From positions 14,384,001 through 14,448,000 of the forward strand of contig OY740821.1 in NCBI GenBank assembly GCA_963514005.1: 64,000 nucleotides of DNA, read 5' to 3'. Below the pieces are notes generated by a model. That model was not told the DNA's origin. It saw nothing but the letters and a program-made list of their open reading frames with translations, and ran no database searches. Below, piece by piece: positions 51,816-64,000 of the stretch. The translations under genes were made by a program, and so were the position numbers. Each line of letters opens with the position of its first letter. The first letter of the stretch is position 1. This stretch comes from Raja brachyura (lineage: Eukaryota).

Positions 51816-54619
51816 TTGCAAGCATCTGCTGATTTTCTCTTGATTTTCACGGTCTGGATTTGGAGACCATCATCAGAGAGTACTTGGTTTCGGATTACAA
51901 TATTCAAACATTTAGTCACAGGCTCCTTTAGTCATGTAGTTAGTTCATGGAGAACAAAGCTCAGCTTGTTGTGTGCACACACTCACATACTGGCTGCCTC
52001 TCCAGACAGGTTTTATTTTACCTTGTTGTAGCTACTTCAAACCCCATAATCATTTGTTCACTTCCCTCTGGACTCCTGATTCATGGGTTGTCACCTTCTC
52101 CCCAAGCAACGATAAACCATTCTACATTTCCTTGAGCAGTGTCTGCTTTGATCTGTCGTTTCCATGCCTTGCTCTTCCATATCTCTAGACTCCCTCTCCC
52201 CTGACTCTCGGTCTGAAGAAGGGTCTTGACCTGAAATGACACCTATTCCTTCTCTCCAGTGATGCTGCCTGTCCCGCTGAGTTACTCCAGCCTTTTGTGT
52301 CCATCTTCGATGTAAACCAGCATCTGCAGTTCCTTCCTACACAGAACAGCATTTGCTGTCTTTGTGAAAAACAATGTTGTGAAGAGATATCCGTGTCCAG
52401 AGAAACTGAATTCTCCAGCATGACTCAGCACCTTGAGCAAGGAACAGAAGTGTTTAAATGCCTCATTCTCAATGTTGTATAAATATTGTTGTAATAAAGG
52501 TAATAGACCCCAGGCAGACTTTTATAATTGAGTTTCCTCCGGGTAAGGGCCAGGCCGCAGGTTATGTTATCTGTTTTGTTTAGTCACTGTTCGTGATGGC
52601 CCAGTGCTCAGCGGTGAATAAAGATGCTTCCAATCATTTTCACTTCACGTGGTCTTTTTTAAAATCTTGGCAGCAGACAAGGAGCTGCATATTTACAATC
52701 AGCCGCTGCTCACAGTTACTACGCCGCTCGTCACCACTCGACATAATAAAGGGCTCTCAGAATCCTTTTCCTTGCTAAACAGATTTGAAGACTGGAACTG
52801 TTCTGACAAAAGGTCATCAGAATGAACCATTAACTGTTTTCTCTCTCCACAGATGCCGTCTTAAAAAGCATTTCCAGGAGTTTGTTTTTGTGTTATTTTG
52901 ATACAGGAACCGTCAAGTCTCCACAAATGCTGCCTGACCCACCACGTCCTTCCAGCATTTTCCTTTCTCTATTCCATTCACCACCAATATTCCCTGCAAT
53001 GTATTATTCACACATTCCATCATTCACCTACATCAGGGGAAATTTAACTCTATCCATTTTTTATTTTGCTACACAGTGCATGCTCGTCCCTCAGAATTAG
53101 TGGGCAGGTCTCCACCTATTATTTTGATTGAGCTGTTTGGCAGATCTCAAGGATCGAGGCTGAGAAAAAGTAGGGTCGACCCGAAACGTCACCTATTCCT
53201 TTTCTCCAGAGATGCTGCCTGACCCCCTGTGTAACTCAAGCTTTTTGTGTCCGTCTTCGATCTGCTTCATGGTTGTGTCGAAACAGCCCACGTCAACCTC
53301 CTTTCTGTGCAAAACAGTGGTAAAATTGCGCGTCTTTTGCAAAATATTCTCTAAAAATACAAGAACGTTTGTAAAAAATAAACTGCTGGTAGAAAGAAAT
53401 AATGGAAAGATAATTGCTGATTGCTTTTGACTCTATTGTTAACTAGTTACGCACTACCCCCTGCTCTAAATTGTTCCCAGATATTAAGTTAGAAAAGGAG
53501 TCTGCAAATGTGGCAATTCATAGGATGTGCGCAAAAAGTGTTTCAAATGTACAGTGGTAACCTGCCACCTGCAAAAAAATAAGGTTTTAACAGAGCCCGA
53601 CCCCGACTTGGGTTTTAGATGGTGACCAACCCGTTATGTGTATCATTTTGATAGACATCTACCTTCCATTCTGTGGGATGAGGCTGTTGCAAACCTGGTG
53701 CTGCTGTGGTTCAAGTGCCAGAAGCATCTAGGCTCATGGGGATTACTGCTGCCCAGAGAATTGTGAGCTGTAGTGAGCTTGAAGTCTTGATCTTCCAACA
53801 CAGGTACTTAGATAAGAAAGGCATAGAGAAATACGGGCCTAATATAAGCAAATAAGATTAGTGGAGATAGGCCGTAGGTGTTATATATACACACAGGAGA
53901 CAGGTGTTGAAATATCAAGACCTTAAACTCGGTACAGTTCACTATTCACGAGGCAGTACTTGTGACATTTGATGTCTCAGTAAGTGTCTCAGTGACAGAA
54001 TAAAAGCCTGTAATTTTACAATGGACATGTTATTGCTCTTGCTTCCCTGTTGAGACTTTTTTTAAATCTACTTCTCTTACCCGTATTCGTCAGCTGTTTA
54101 TCTTTTATAGTACTTTGCTGTAAGACATATAGAGAAAACAAAATACAAAAGTAATGAAAGTGTTTCTCAATTTTATTTCTCTACATTGTTACTTGAGGGC
54201 ATGCAAGGTTTCTGCCAGGGGATAGACACAAAATGCTGGAGTAACTCAGTGGGACAGTTGCATTTCTGGATAGAAGGAATGGGTGACGACAGGAGCATTT
54301 AAGCCTGTTCAGCTATTCATTTGGATGATGGCTGACCTGTTATCTCACTCCATACAGCCGCCCTCTTCACCATATCCCTTAGTAGTTTTGATTAACAAAA
54401 ATCTCTGTCTCTGTCTCAGTCTCAGATTTAAAATCATCAATTGACTCGGCATCAGCTGCTATTTGCAGCAGGGAGTTACACATTTCTGCATGTCTGTCAA
54501 AAGATTTCAAACCACACCCCCCAAACTCTGGCCCCTCGCCCTGACCTTTGGAAAGGGTGTCAAATGATCCCCGTTCACTCTTTTTTGTGTGTTATTTCCT
54601 CGTAATTCAACCCTCCTGG

Positions 54620-55027
54620 TCAGGCTGGGCGATCGTTTCACTGAACATCTCCGCTCAGTCCATATGAACCAACCATGATCACCCGGTTGCTCAGCATTTC
54701 AACTCCCCCTCCCATTCCCAATCTGACCTTTCTGTCCTGGGCCTCCTCCATTGTCAGAGTGAGGCCCAGCGCTAATTGGAGGAGCAGCACCTCATATTTT
54801 GCTTGGGTAGTTTACACCCCAGCAGTATGAACATTAACTTCAGACAGCCCTTGCTTTCTCTCTCCATCCCCTTCCCCTTCCCAGTTTTCCCACTAGTCTT
54901 ACTGTCACCAACTACATTCTATCCTTGTCCTGCCCCCTCCCCTGACATCAACCCGTAACGTCGGCCATTCCTTTTCTCCAGAGATGCTGCCTCACCTGCT
55001 GAGTTACTCCAGCACTTTGTGTCTACC
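54620..55027 (+). mobile_element. Penelope-like 3' end (GIY-YIG C-terminus, 3' UTR, pLTR)
   Basis: RLGDRFTEHLRSV...VAQHFNSPSHS...LEEQHLIFCLGSLHPSSMNINF, followed by AGAGATGCTGCCTCACCTGCTGAGTTACTCCAGC. Confidence 0.85.
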
Positions 55028-57809
55028 ATCACTCTAATCAGTCTACCCTTCCTCATGAATGGTGCCCACAACTATTCATAGTATTCCACTGGGAATATAA
55101 CCAGGGCTATGTATAAATATTGAAAAGAGACCACTGTAGTTGCCTATGTTGCAATAACTACCTTCCTTCCACATAAAACAGTTGTGAGATGTTTCTCAAC
55201 CTGGACTGGGTGCTATTATACTTGCAAATCCACTTCCTGGGTACTTATTTAATGTACTAATTCCATTTGCAGACACTTTTGTTCTCAAGCTGCTTTTCCT
55301 TGCTGTCTGTTTTTATGTGTTTTCCTCTTGTATGTTCCTTTGCAGATTTATTTGGTTCCCCTTTTGGCCGTACTACTGGCAAATGCTTCAAACTCCCTCT
55401 CGTTCCATCCCCGGCACCAACCCTCGGGCTCCTTTCAGCAGGAAAGTGGGGAAAAGAACGATTTAAAAATAGTCAAATATGGACATTTTTTTTAAAAAGG
55501 ACGGCAACTGGATACCAGAATGTTGAGACCAATGAAAGATCGCATTGCAAAATCACAATGCATGACGTGCTGCAACAGGGGTCAGACAATTCCATCTTTG
55601 CAAACAAAGCTGTGGCGTGGGGAAGAGGGACAGGGTGTAATCCAATCCGCTAATGTTTTCAGTCCAAATCTGCTTTTACCCAAAGAGGAAACATTCTCTA
55701 TTCAAACTTTGAAAGTTAATAACATCAGATAAAATCAGTCCTTTCTAGTGCATTTTTGGGAAATCACTACCATCACTCTTTTCTTCATCGCTTCCAACAG
55801 AATTTAGATTACTAATGAATTATTCATAAATTTTGTTTTACCTGCCAAAATTGAGTGGTGATTGATGGCTCCCATGGAGCAGTCATGTTGATGTATAACA
55901 CAGGAGAAACAGTGATACAGCTAGCATTGAAACCTGCACCTCTCCACAGTGATTACCTGAGCAACACAGTTATAGAGCATGAAACAGAGAGCTCGCGGGC
56001 AAGTTCTCAAGAATCATCTGGCACTTGTTCAAAACGACCAGGGGATCCTCTTTTAGATGAACCATTTTCACTTGTAGTTTCTGATCAGCATTTTTATGGA
56101 CTGCAGTGCACACACCTGCATGCAGATACCCACGAATAGATTGATACACTCCCAGACATCCATTCCGAGCACCCACACCCAAATTACAACGCAGAAAAGA
56201 GGCTATTCAATCAACCAGTGCACACCGCTGTTTACAGTATTTACTAACAGTAATCATAAATTCCACCAAATTCCTACATTTCTAATTCCTCTTTCTATCA
56301 ACTACTCTAATGATCAGTGATACTATCATAAATCATATTACAATCCAGAACTGAATGGCTGTCTTCTCGAGCTAAGATTCCCACACCTGATTGCTATCTG
56401 AACAACACTTGCTGTTAAGTGTATTTGAGTAGGTATTAATTTGAAGAATCTGTTGACACTCACTGGCATGTCTGAGGTGCCGATAGGCTGCAAGCACCTG
56501 TGAAACTGTGCCTGTGCCCTGAAACAAATGCTTGCAGGAACGAAAGTGGGCTCAAAACTGGAAGATTAAAAAAAAACATACAAAATTTCACTTTGCGGGC
56601 TTTGGATCAATATCGTGCAGAGCGCTACAAAATGTACAGTACCACAACACTCCACACACTGCTATGTTGAGCCTAATCACTTTCTTACTAATTGGGGATA
56701 GAGGAGATTTATGACGACATACAATGCAAATTAATTAAAAGAAAGTATTTTCTATCCTTATTTATTTATATTTTTTCAAATATAAATTTATGGCTCATAA
56801 ATTGCAGATCATGGTGAGACCAACAATGCTTTGTGTTCTGTCAGCACCCCCTCGCCCGCCCACCCACACCAACTTGCAAAATAAGAATGTAATCCATTTT
56901 ATGTTCTTCCTGAAAGAGACTCGGACTCAGCACTTTGGCAATTCCACTTATGCACCAGTGGCTAGCAGAAGCTGTGGGCAAAGGTCCTTCTTTGCATGTT
57001 TGAACTGATAGTAATCATCAAAAGAATTAAAAAGGGAGACTGTGACATTTTCTTTACAAAAAGGGGCTTTAGAAAGAGGAACTTTCTGTCACAAACTATT
57101 GTTGAAATGAAGTCCATTTTTTTCCCTCATATAAAGGGAATTGCTTGATAAAGAATATTAATGGAAATCGGGAGTGAGCAGGAGAGTGGGATCAGGTTAA
57201 ATGGGGAAACACAGAACTGTTTTAATCGGACAAATGGCTGCTGTCAAGACTAGACTGCTTTGCTGTCCTTCTCCATAGCATAATGATGGCATAAAAAGAC
57301 ACAGAGTTGCTGGAGTAACTCAGCAGGTCAGCCAGCATTTCTGGAGAACATGGATAGGTGATGTTTTGGGTCAGGACTCTTTCTCAGACCCGAGATGCTG
57401 CCTGACCGGCTGAGTTACTCCAGCATTTTGTGTCTTTTTTTTTTGCAATTCCTTGCATCTAAATAATGATGCCAACTGGATTGCTGGATTGCCATCTGCA
57501 TTTCAGCATCTTTGTATGGGGGAAAAACATTATTTTGTAAAAACAATACAGCACAGAAGTAAATCATGAACAAAGATCAGAAGGAGCACACAACCTGCCA
57601 AACTTTGTCCATCATTTATGAATCTAGTTGTATCAATCGCTACATACAACACAACGCAATGATCCATGTACAAGAGGAAAAGAGTAAATAGGGTAGTTTC
57701 CAAATATTATTTTGCTCCAACATGCATAAAGTAAATGTCAGCTGTTGTAAGTGGGAGCAGTCCCTTCCCAAGTGCTTCGGTGTTGACGTGTTCAACACAG
57801 ATTTGGAAG

Positions 57810-58065
57810 CATAGAGACAAAATGCTGGAGTGATTCTGCGGGTCAGGCAGCATCTCTGGAGAAAATGGATTGGTGCCATTTCGGGTCGGGAACCTTCTTC
57901 AGGTCTGAAGAAGGGTCCAGACCCAAAATGTCACCTATTCATTTTGGTCTGAAGATGGGTCCGGATCAGAAACGTCACCTATCCATTTTCTCCAGAGATG
58001 CTGCCTGATCCGCTGAGTTACTCCAGTCCTTTTGCGTAAACCAGCATCAAGAGTTTGTTGTTATT
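57810..58065. mobile_element. Inverted plus tandem pLTR element with three hammerhead-like cores
   Basis: One - strand core at about 57870-57902 and two + strand cores at 57905 and 57949. Flanked by a 13-bp direct repeat ACAGATTTGGAAG. Confidence 0.75.
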
Positions 58066-60737
58066 ACAGATTTGGAAGATCCTGGCATTAGCCTGTGTTG
58101 AGCTCACTGATCGCATTTGTAATGATGGTAATGGCCAACCTTACAATTAACACTCATGTCTCTAAGATAAGGAAAGCCACGATTCCATTCCCAGTCCAGG
58201 ATCAGATCTGGCTGAAAAGCTCATTTTGTGTCTGACTCATTGGAAAGTACTGGACTTGGCTGTGATGCCCTCCAGTGTACAATAGCTATCTGTACCTGCA
58301 TTCCCAATCAACCAGTGGTGAAAGACAGTTATAAACATTAAACTCACCCATGTAAATTGGAAGTACCAGGACCGATACCTGTCCCGTAACAGGTAAACTG
58401 ATCTCAGCCTGGGCAGCAAATGGGCACGCAAATTTGTATCAGCATCCACAGACTAGTGAGAGGGCAACCCACACTCCACTCCCACCTCTGGCTGATAGTC
58501 AGAGCCTCTTCAATATTGGAGGAGGAGAAATGTGGGTTTGGTTAAAACTTGGTTGTAATTTTCCCTCTCCACAGCCTTCTTAAACTCCACAACTGACATT
58601 ATATTAAAGAATACCTCAGTGCAAAGAAACCCACCCTCAGCCTGGGTCAGCATCTTTCAGAGACAAGTAGTGAAAGGAACTGAAAATTGAATGTATTGAT
58701 TTTGATCCGAGGCCCAATGTGAGGCTCGATCCAGCTTTGTGCAAAATCATGCTGACACGATATAGGATGAAGTCACTGGTGGTGAGTGGCTAGTGTCTGG
58801 CAGACTTAATTGGCTTCTGAAGAAGTCTGGAGAAACCTGCTCCGAAACACTAACCCGTCAGCTGTGTGAAACATTTCACACAGAAGATAGATCCATTAAA
58901 CTGTCCAAGCTTCCATAATCCACTTTTTTTACTCAAGTTTTATGTTAGAGACAGGTTTACAATTGTGCCACGATAGACATATTCACCTGTTGAATTATGC
59001 CACCGACCAAATCACTGCATTTTCTTACAGTTTTAACCGTACAGGTGAGGTGGTACTACACCTGATTTTATTTTTGTACAGCTCTCTCAAACACGCCAAG
59101 AGATTCATTCTGCTGGGATCCAGTAGCGCTATCATATCTGATATATAAAACAAGTCTGAAGAACAATATCGGGTCAGTGTTCGGAAATGAGGAGGGTCCT
59201 AACCAGATGCAATATTGTTACCATCCAAAGTAAAACTGTATAGTGATCGCAGGTCCATGTCACTTTGCAACTATTCCACCTGAGGACACCCAATACAATA
59301 CAAAACAGCGTTTGAAACTGTGATTGTTTAGTCTGCAGAGCTGGTAATGAAATAAACCTTACCTCCAAATGAAAATGTTGTAAATCATAAACATTTGATG
59401 CCAACAATTACATAGAAAATGACAAATGCAATAAAACAAGGTCTGAACACTAAGAAAGTGTGTTGGTACCAAGTTAAGTTAACTCTTTTATGAGGGAAAA
59501 AGAGACACGGGGTTAGATTTTAGAAACAAGGACCTCAGATGCTAGTTTACGCAAAAGAACACAGTCCTGGAGTAACTCAGCAGGCCAGGCAGCACCTCTA
59601 TGCCCCAAGGGGTTAGATTATTTGTTCTTCCATGGTGGCAATTTAAATCCCTGTCACATTTTGTATCATGCATTCCTGATCTCAAATTAAAGAATCAACA
59701 ATCTTATAGTACAGAATGAGGCCATTCAGTCCATCAAATCTGTGCTGGCTTGCCATTGGAGTGGTCTATTGCCATCCACTTGCTCTTGCCTCATTTACTT
59801 TTTTTTAATATATTTTTGTGCATAAAGTTTCAATTGCTTTTCAAACTTCTCTGCGACAGTAGCTACATGTGGCAAACTGTTCCACGTCCTGACAACTCGA
59901 TGTGTGCTAAGAAATTATCGCCTGAAGAAGAAAGTTAGATAACTCTGAGGCCGCGGCCCCTTCTTTACCGATTCACCAACGAGTACAAACAATATCTTCC
60001 TTTTCACTTTCCCAGAAGCTTTTAACGTCGTTCTGCCTCATGCAAATTTGCCGTGAGACCACCTGACCCCACCCCCAAAACCCTGATGACTTACTTTGTG
60101 ATTTATATAAATACTTACGTTTCGTATGGCGGCGGGCATCAGCTGCCATTTCACTATGTATATATAAATATATATATATTAGAAAACCTTCAAGTATAAA
60201 AGATTATTGCAGGGCATCCCGTTTGACATGATGTAGCAGCGTCGCGGCTTTGCAAACATGTCAAGAGGGGGCTGGCAGACAGATTGTCATCAGAACCACT
60301 TTCAATATGTTTAACTTTCATTCATTACTGCAGAACCCGGATCAACCAGTCTGAGAGGAAAATGAAAACAGCAGGGCGAAACATACTCTGTTGCATATTC
60401 CCGACCCCGAAACATGCATTTATAAATCAGAACATTTGCAGCATGTAAATCAGAAAGAAAGCCGATTTGGTTTTTGTTGTTGTTTTGACATGTCATGAAA
60501 AACTGCGCCCGTTTTTTTCCAAAATAAAATAAGACGCAGTCCACCTGCACCCAGTTAATAGTGCAGGCTGGGCACATGCAAAGATTGAAATCGCTCAGAA
60601 TTAATAATGCCGCACATACTAGACTGAAATTGAACTACAAAAAACAATCAAGGGAAGGATTATTTCCTATGCCATTGCGATCGTTACATTTATTTAGATC
60701 CGTCACCTTTACTTAAAATGATTAGGAAGAGACTGAC

Positions 60738-60810
60738 CGATGATTTCCTGAAGCTCATAGGCATCTCTTGAATTTGGCCACTGGGACCCGGCGAGCAGCT
60801 CTTCCGCCAT
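60738..60810 (-). CDS. OSR1/SPAK-family kinase exon 1 (MAEELLAGSQWPNSRDAYELQEIIG)
   Basis: ATG in a good context (ATCATGG) and GTCAGT donor. Matches OSR1 'W..NRDDYELQEVIG'. Confidence 0.9.
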
Positions 60811-61189
60811 GATGCTGTGAGTCACAATGCGGCGAGAGGCAGCTGTGGACAGAGCGCTCAGCAACTTTATATATACACAGACACACACGCATACACACAG
60901 CTCACAATATGAGAACAGGGACCGTTTCGCTAACTGCTCGTCACTATTTTCACACATACATAACAAGTCTTTCATTGTCACCCAGTCGTCTAATCGACAA
61001 GTTTGCCATTGTTATATTTCTCTAAAACTAACAATGGTTCGTGCAACGCCCGCCTGTGAGGTGGCACAGGACGCTGGGTCCCGTTGGTGCGAATGTCCAC
61101 ATCGCGATAAGAGGTGTCCCTGAAAGCACAACAAATGTCATTAGGCCTCATTTTCCCCCCGCAGTCACCCTCTCCCTCTCTTTCCACCC

Positions 61190-61520
61190 GGTAAGGGAGG
61201 GAACCCAGGCCGGACTCGCGGTTCTCTGGGCTCCGCCCCTCCTGGCGCTATATATTGTGTGTGTGTGTGCGTGTAAGTGAGACGTGAGTGAGTGTCCGCC
61301 GTGTTGAAGCGAGATAAGAATAATGGGGGGGGGGGACATTATCACTCCCATGTTTTATTTCCTGGTCTTTGCAGCAAAGCATCAGCGGCAGAGGGACGCG
61401 TTTTGTTGTTGTCCGGCGTCCCTTGGTTTCTAGGGTGACGGAAGGGGATATTGAAACGTCAAACATCTACCTCTAGCCCCGGGCAGGCAGTTGCTCCCGG
61501 GAAGGCAGGTGGTTGGCATT
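61190..61520. promoter_or_regulatory. GC/CpG-rich putative promoter region upstream of the kinase ATG
   Basis: Local CpG enrichment, GC box CTCCGCCCC at about 61231 and a TATATA element at about 61248, within 0.7 kb of exon 1. Confidence 0.45.
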
Positions 61521-61939
61521 TCCAAACGGAAATCCTTCTGTCTGTCAGGGCCACCAGTGACACCCGTCCTGCCCCTGGGATCACGATCATTCTCCTCCTC
61601 CCCGTTTCCCCAACTGATCTAACGGACCAGGCACATTGGCAGGAACTCAGCACCGCTCTGAATATTCAAAGCCGGGGCCTGGAACAGGTGCAAGTGTCCC
61701 CTGTCCAAACTTACACCTACATAGGGACCGGACGCGAAACTCACCCATTAGTGTTTAAAAAAAATCATAAGTACAATATAGCCTTGCAAAACCGAAACGT
61801 CACCTAGCCATGTTCTCCAGAGATGCTGCTTGACTCGCTGAGTTACTCAAGTTCTTTATGTCATTTTGGGTAAGCCAGCATCTGCAGTTCCTTGTTTCCA
61901 CATCTAGCTAGTCTTGCATTTCTGTAGAAGCAGCGGATA

Positions 61940-62100
61940 TCTATTTAAGAAAGGCTACAAGGAAAAGTATTGGAATTACAGACCTGTAAGCCTCACAACT
62001 ATGGTGGATATGTGACTGGAAAGGCTTCTGAGAGACAAGGTCTACATGCATTTGAAAGGTGAGGGCAGAATAGGGATAGTCAGCATGGCTTTGTGCCAGG
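61940..62100 (+). mobile_element. CR1 RT fragment
   Basis: Decayed NYRPVSLT ... DSQHGF motifs. Confidence 0.6.
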
Positions 62101-62271
62101 TTCATTTTCATTTAGATTTCGAAGTATTTGCAGTGATTTGATTTCCATTCAAATAATATAGGTCCTCCCCAGGTTACAAACTCCTGACTAATGTACAACG
62201 TGTACATATGAGCGAGTGTTTAAGAGACCGGTGGAATGGATTTGCCAATCACTGCGGAACTGCAGGCTTCT

Positions 62272-62495
62272 TTACTTTAGACTTTAGAGATACAGCCGAC
62301 CAGTGATCACCCCGTCCACTAGCGCTATCCTACAAAATAGGGACAACTTTTACAATTACAGAAGCCAATTAACCTACGAACCTGTACGTCTTTGGATTGT
62401 TGGATAAAACCTGAGCACCCTGAGAAAACACAGGGAGAAGGTGCAAACTCCACACAGACAGCACCCGTAATCAGGGTCGCACCTGGGCCTCTGCC
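62272..62495 (-). mobile_element. tRNA-derived SINE copy
   Basis: Same tail (CTTTAGACTTTAGAGATACAG) and body as the copy at 46456. Confidence 0.75.
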
Positions 62496-62529
62496 ATGTG
62501 GTAACTGTCACCTAGCCATGTTCTGGCTG

Positions 62530-63132
62530 GGGTGAACGTATACAGAAAGGTGATAGAGAGCTGAGGAGCATGGTATCAGGACAACTACCTCCCTCTTAAT
62601 GTCACCAAAATAAAGGACTGGTCATTGACTTCAGGAAATGGAGTGGACTACACACCCCAGTCTTTATCAATGGGTCTAAAGTGGAGGTGAATATCAGTTT
62701 CAAGTTCCTAAATGTAAATTTCACTAACAATGTGACCTGGTCCAACCACATTGATAACACCTGAGAAAGCACACCAACATCTCTACTTCCTCAGAAGATG
62801 AAAGAAATTCGGCATCAGTTTCTACAGATGCCCCATAGAAAGCATCCTATCCGGATACATCGCAGCTTTGTATGGCAACTGCTCTGCCCAAAACAACAAG
62901 AAATTGCAGAGTTGTGAATGGCAGTCTATCGTACAAAGCAGCCTTCCCCCCTCCATTGGCTCCATGTATGTTTCACACTGCTTCAGGAAAGCAGCCTACA
63001 TCATGGACCGCTCACACCCCAGTCATTCTCTTCTCCCCTCTCCTGTCATGTAGAAGACACAAAAGGTTGAGAGCACGTACCACCAGATTCAAGAACAGCT
63101 TCTTTCCCACCATTATCAGATTCTTGAACTGA
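62530..63132 (+). mobile_element. L2-clade LINE RT C-terminal fragment
   Basis: Decayed W..DNYL.LNVTK..LVIDFRK, FKFL, HLYFLRR, and ARTTRFKNSFFPTIIRFLN. Confidence 0.75.
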
Positions 63133-63139
63133 CCTCTCA

Positions 63140-63360
63140 AGGGCCTGAGCTATATGGAGAGGTTGAGCAGGATAGACTCCTTGGAGCGCAGGAGGATGAG
63201 GAATAATTGTATAGAGGTGTACAAAACCATGAGGGGAATAGGTTGGGTAAATGCAGAGTCTTTTGCCCAGAGTAGGGAAATCAAGAACAACAGAACATAA
63301 GTTTAAGGTGAGGGGAGAAAGATTTAATAGGAAGCTGAGGGGTAACTTCTTTACACACTG
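63140..63360 (+). mobile_element. CR1 3' fragment
   Basis: Reverse-complement homolog of the 5487-5985 family. Confidence 0.7.
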
Positions 63361-64000
63361 CTGGAGATATATCAATTTATATGTATGATTTTTTTCCACG
63401 CACTTCTAATGAGTGAAATTAAATTTTAGATCAAGTTGAACCTTTGTTTCAAAGGGTTATTATGTGATCAAAGACCCATCAATTGAATTAATATCAGATG
63501 TGAAAATGAATTTGAGCTTAAATTACTTAGTAATAAACTCCTTTGTTGGTTGATTAACTTACAGTCACTTAACCAAAATTGATAAAAAGTAAATCAATTT
63601 TATTATTTTATGTTAGCCGTTCTTTTGTCTGCTTCAGCGCCGCACCCTATAAGTCGTTATCACACTGAAGCACTGTGGATCGTTCTTATGGTTTTACATT
63701 AACAAGTTTTTATCAAATTGTGGTTATATAAAACTAGGACATTACAGGATGTGTCACAAACAACAGGGCAGGATATGCACATCCTTGAACAAGTGCAGTA
63801 CAATACAAACTGGGTTATGGAACCATTTTTGGCAAAACAGAAATGTTTTGTTCTTTGAACTTAATCCATTGACCAATTTTTAATTCATAATTTTCACTCT
63901 GGAAGCATACAAAGAGAAATATGTGAAAATGCTTTTTGCCTGCACTACAGTTCATTGTGAAGTATAAATACAAAATGGAGCCATGCTGAGCTGTTTAAAA

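Overview
Eukaryotic vertebrate genomic DNA, most likely a cartilaginous fish (skate or ray, inferred from its CR1, V-SINE, DeuSINE and Penelope repeat landscape). Two convergent intron-containing genes are present. (1) On the + strand is the 3' part of LIMA1/EPLIN, with exons from about 1.3 kb to the stop at 15983 and a LIM domain split over two exons. (2) On the - strand is a complete OSR1/SPAK-family (OXSR1/STK39-like) STE20 kinase gene, from the ATG at 60810 to the stop at 25420. Its 16 confidently assembled GT-AG exons total 1404 nt (467 aa) and encode the kinase domain, WEW motif and CCT domain. Its position next to LIMA1 suggests it is a third SPAK/OSR1 ohnolog absent from mammals. The introns contain roughly two dozen (manual count) short Penelope pseudo-LTR-derived repeats carrying a minimal hammerhead-ribozyme motif (CTGAAGA-A-GGGTCnnGACCC-GAAACGTC). 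They occur as solo inserts with 11-14 bp flanking duplications, as inverted pairs, as tandem pairs and as a 66-bp tandem array. Exon coordinates were read by eye from splice sites. Repeat boundaries are approximate, and no database searches were run.
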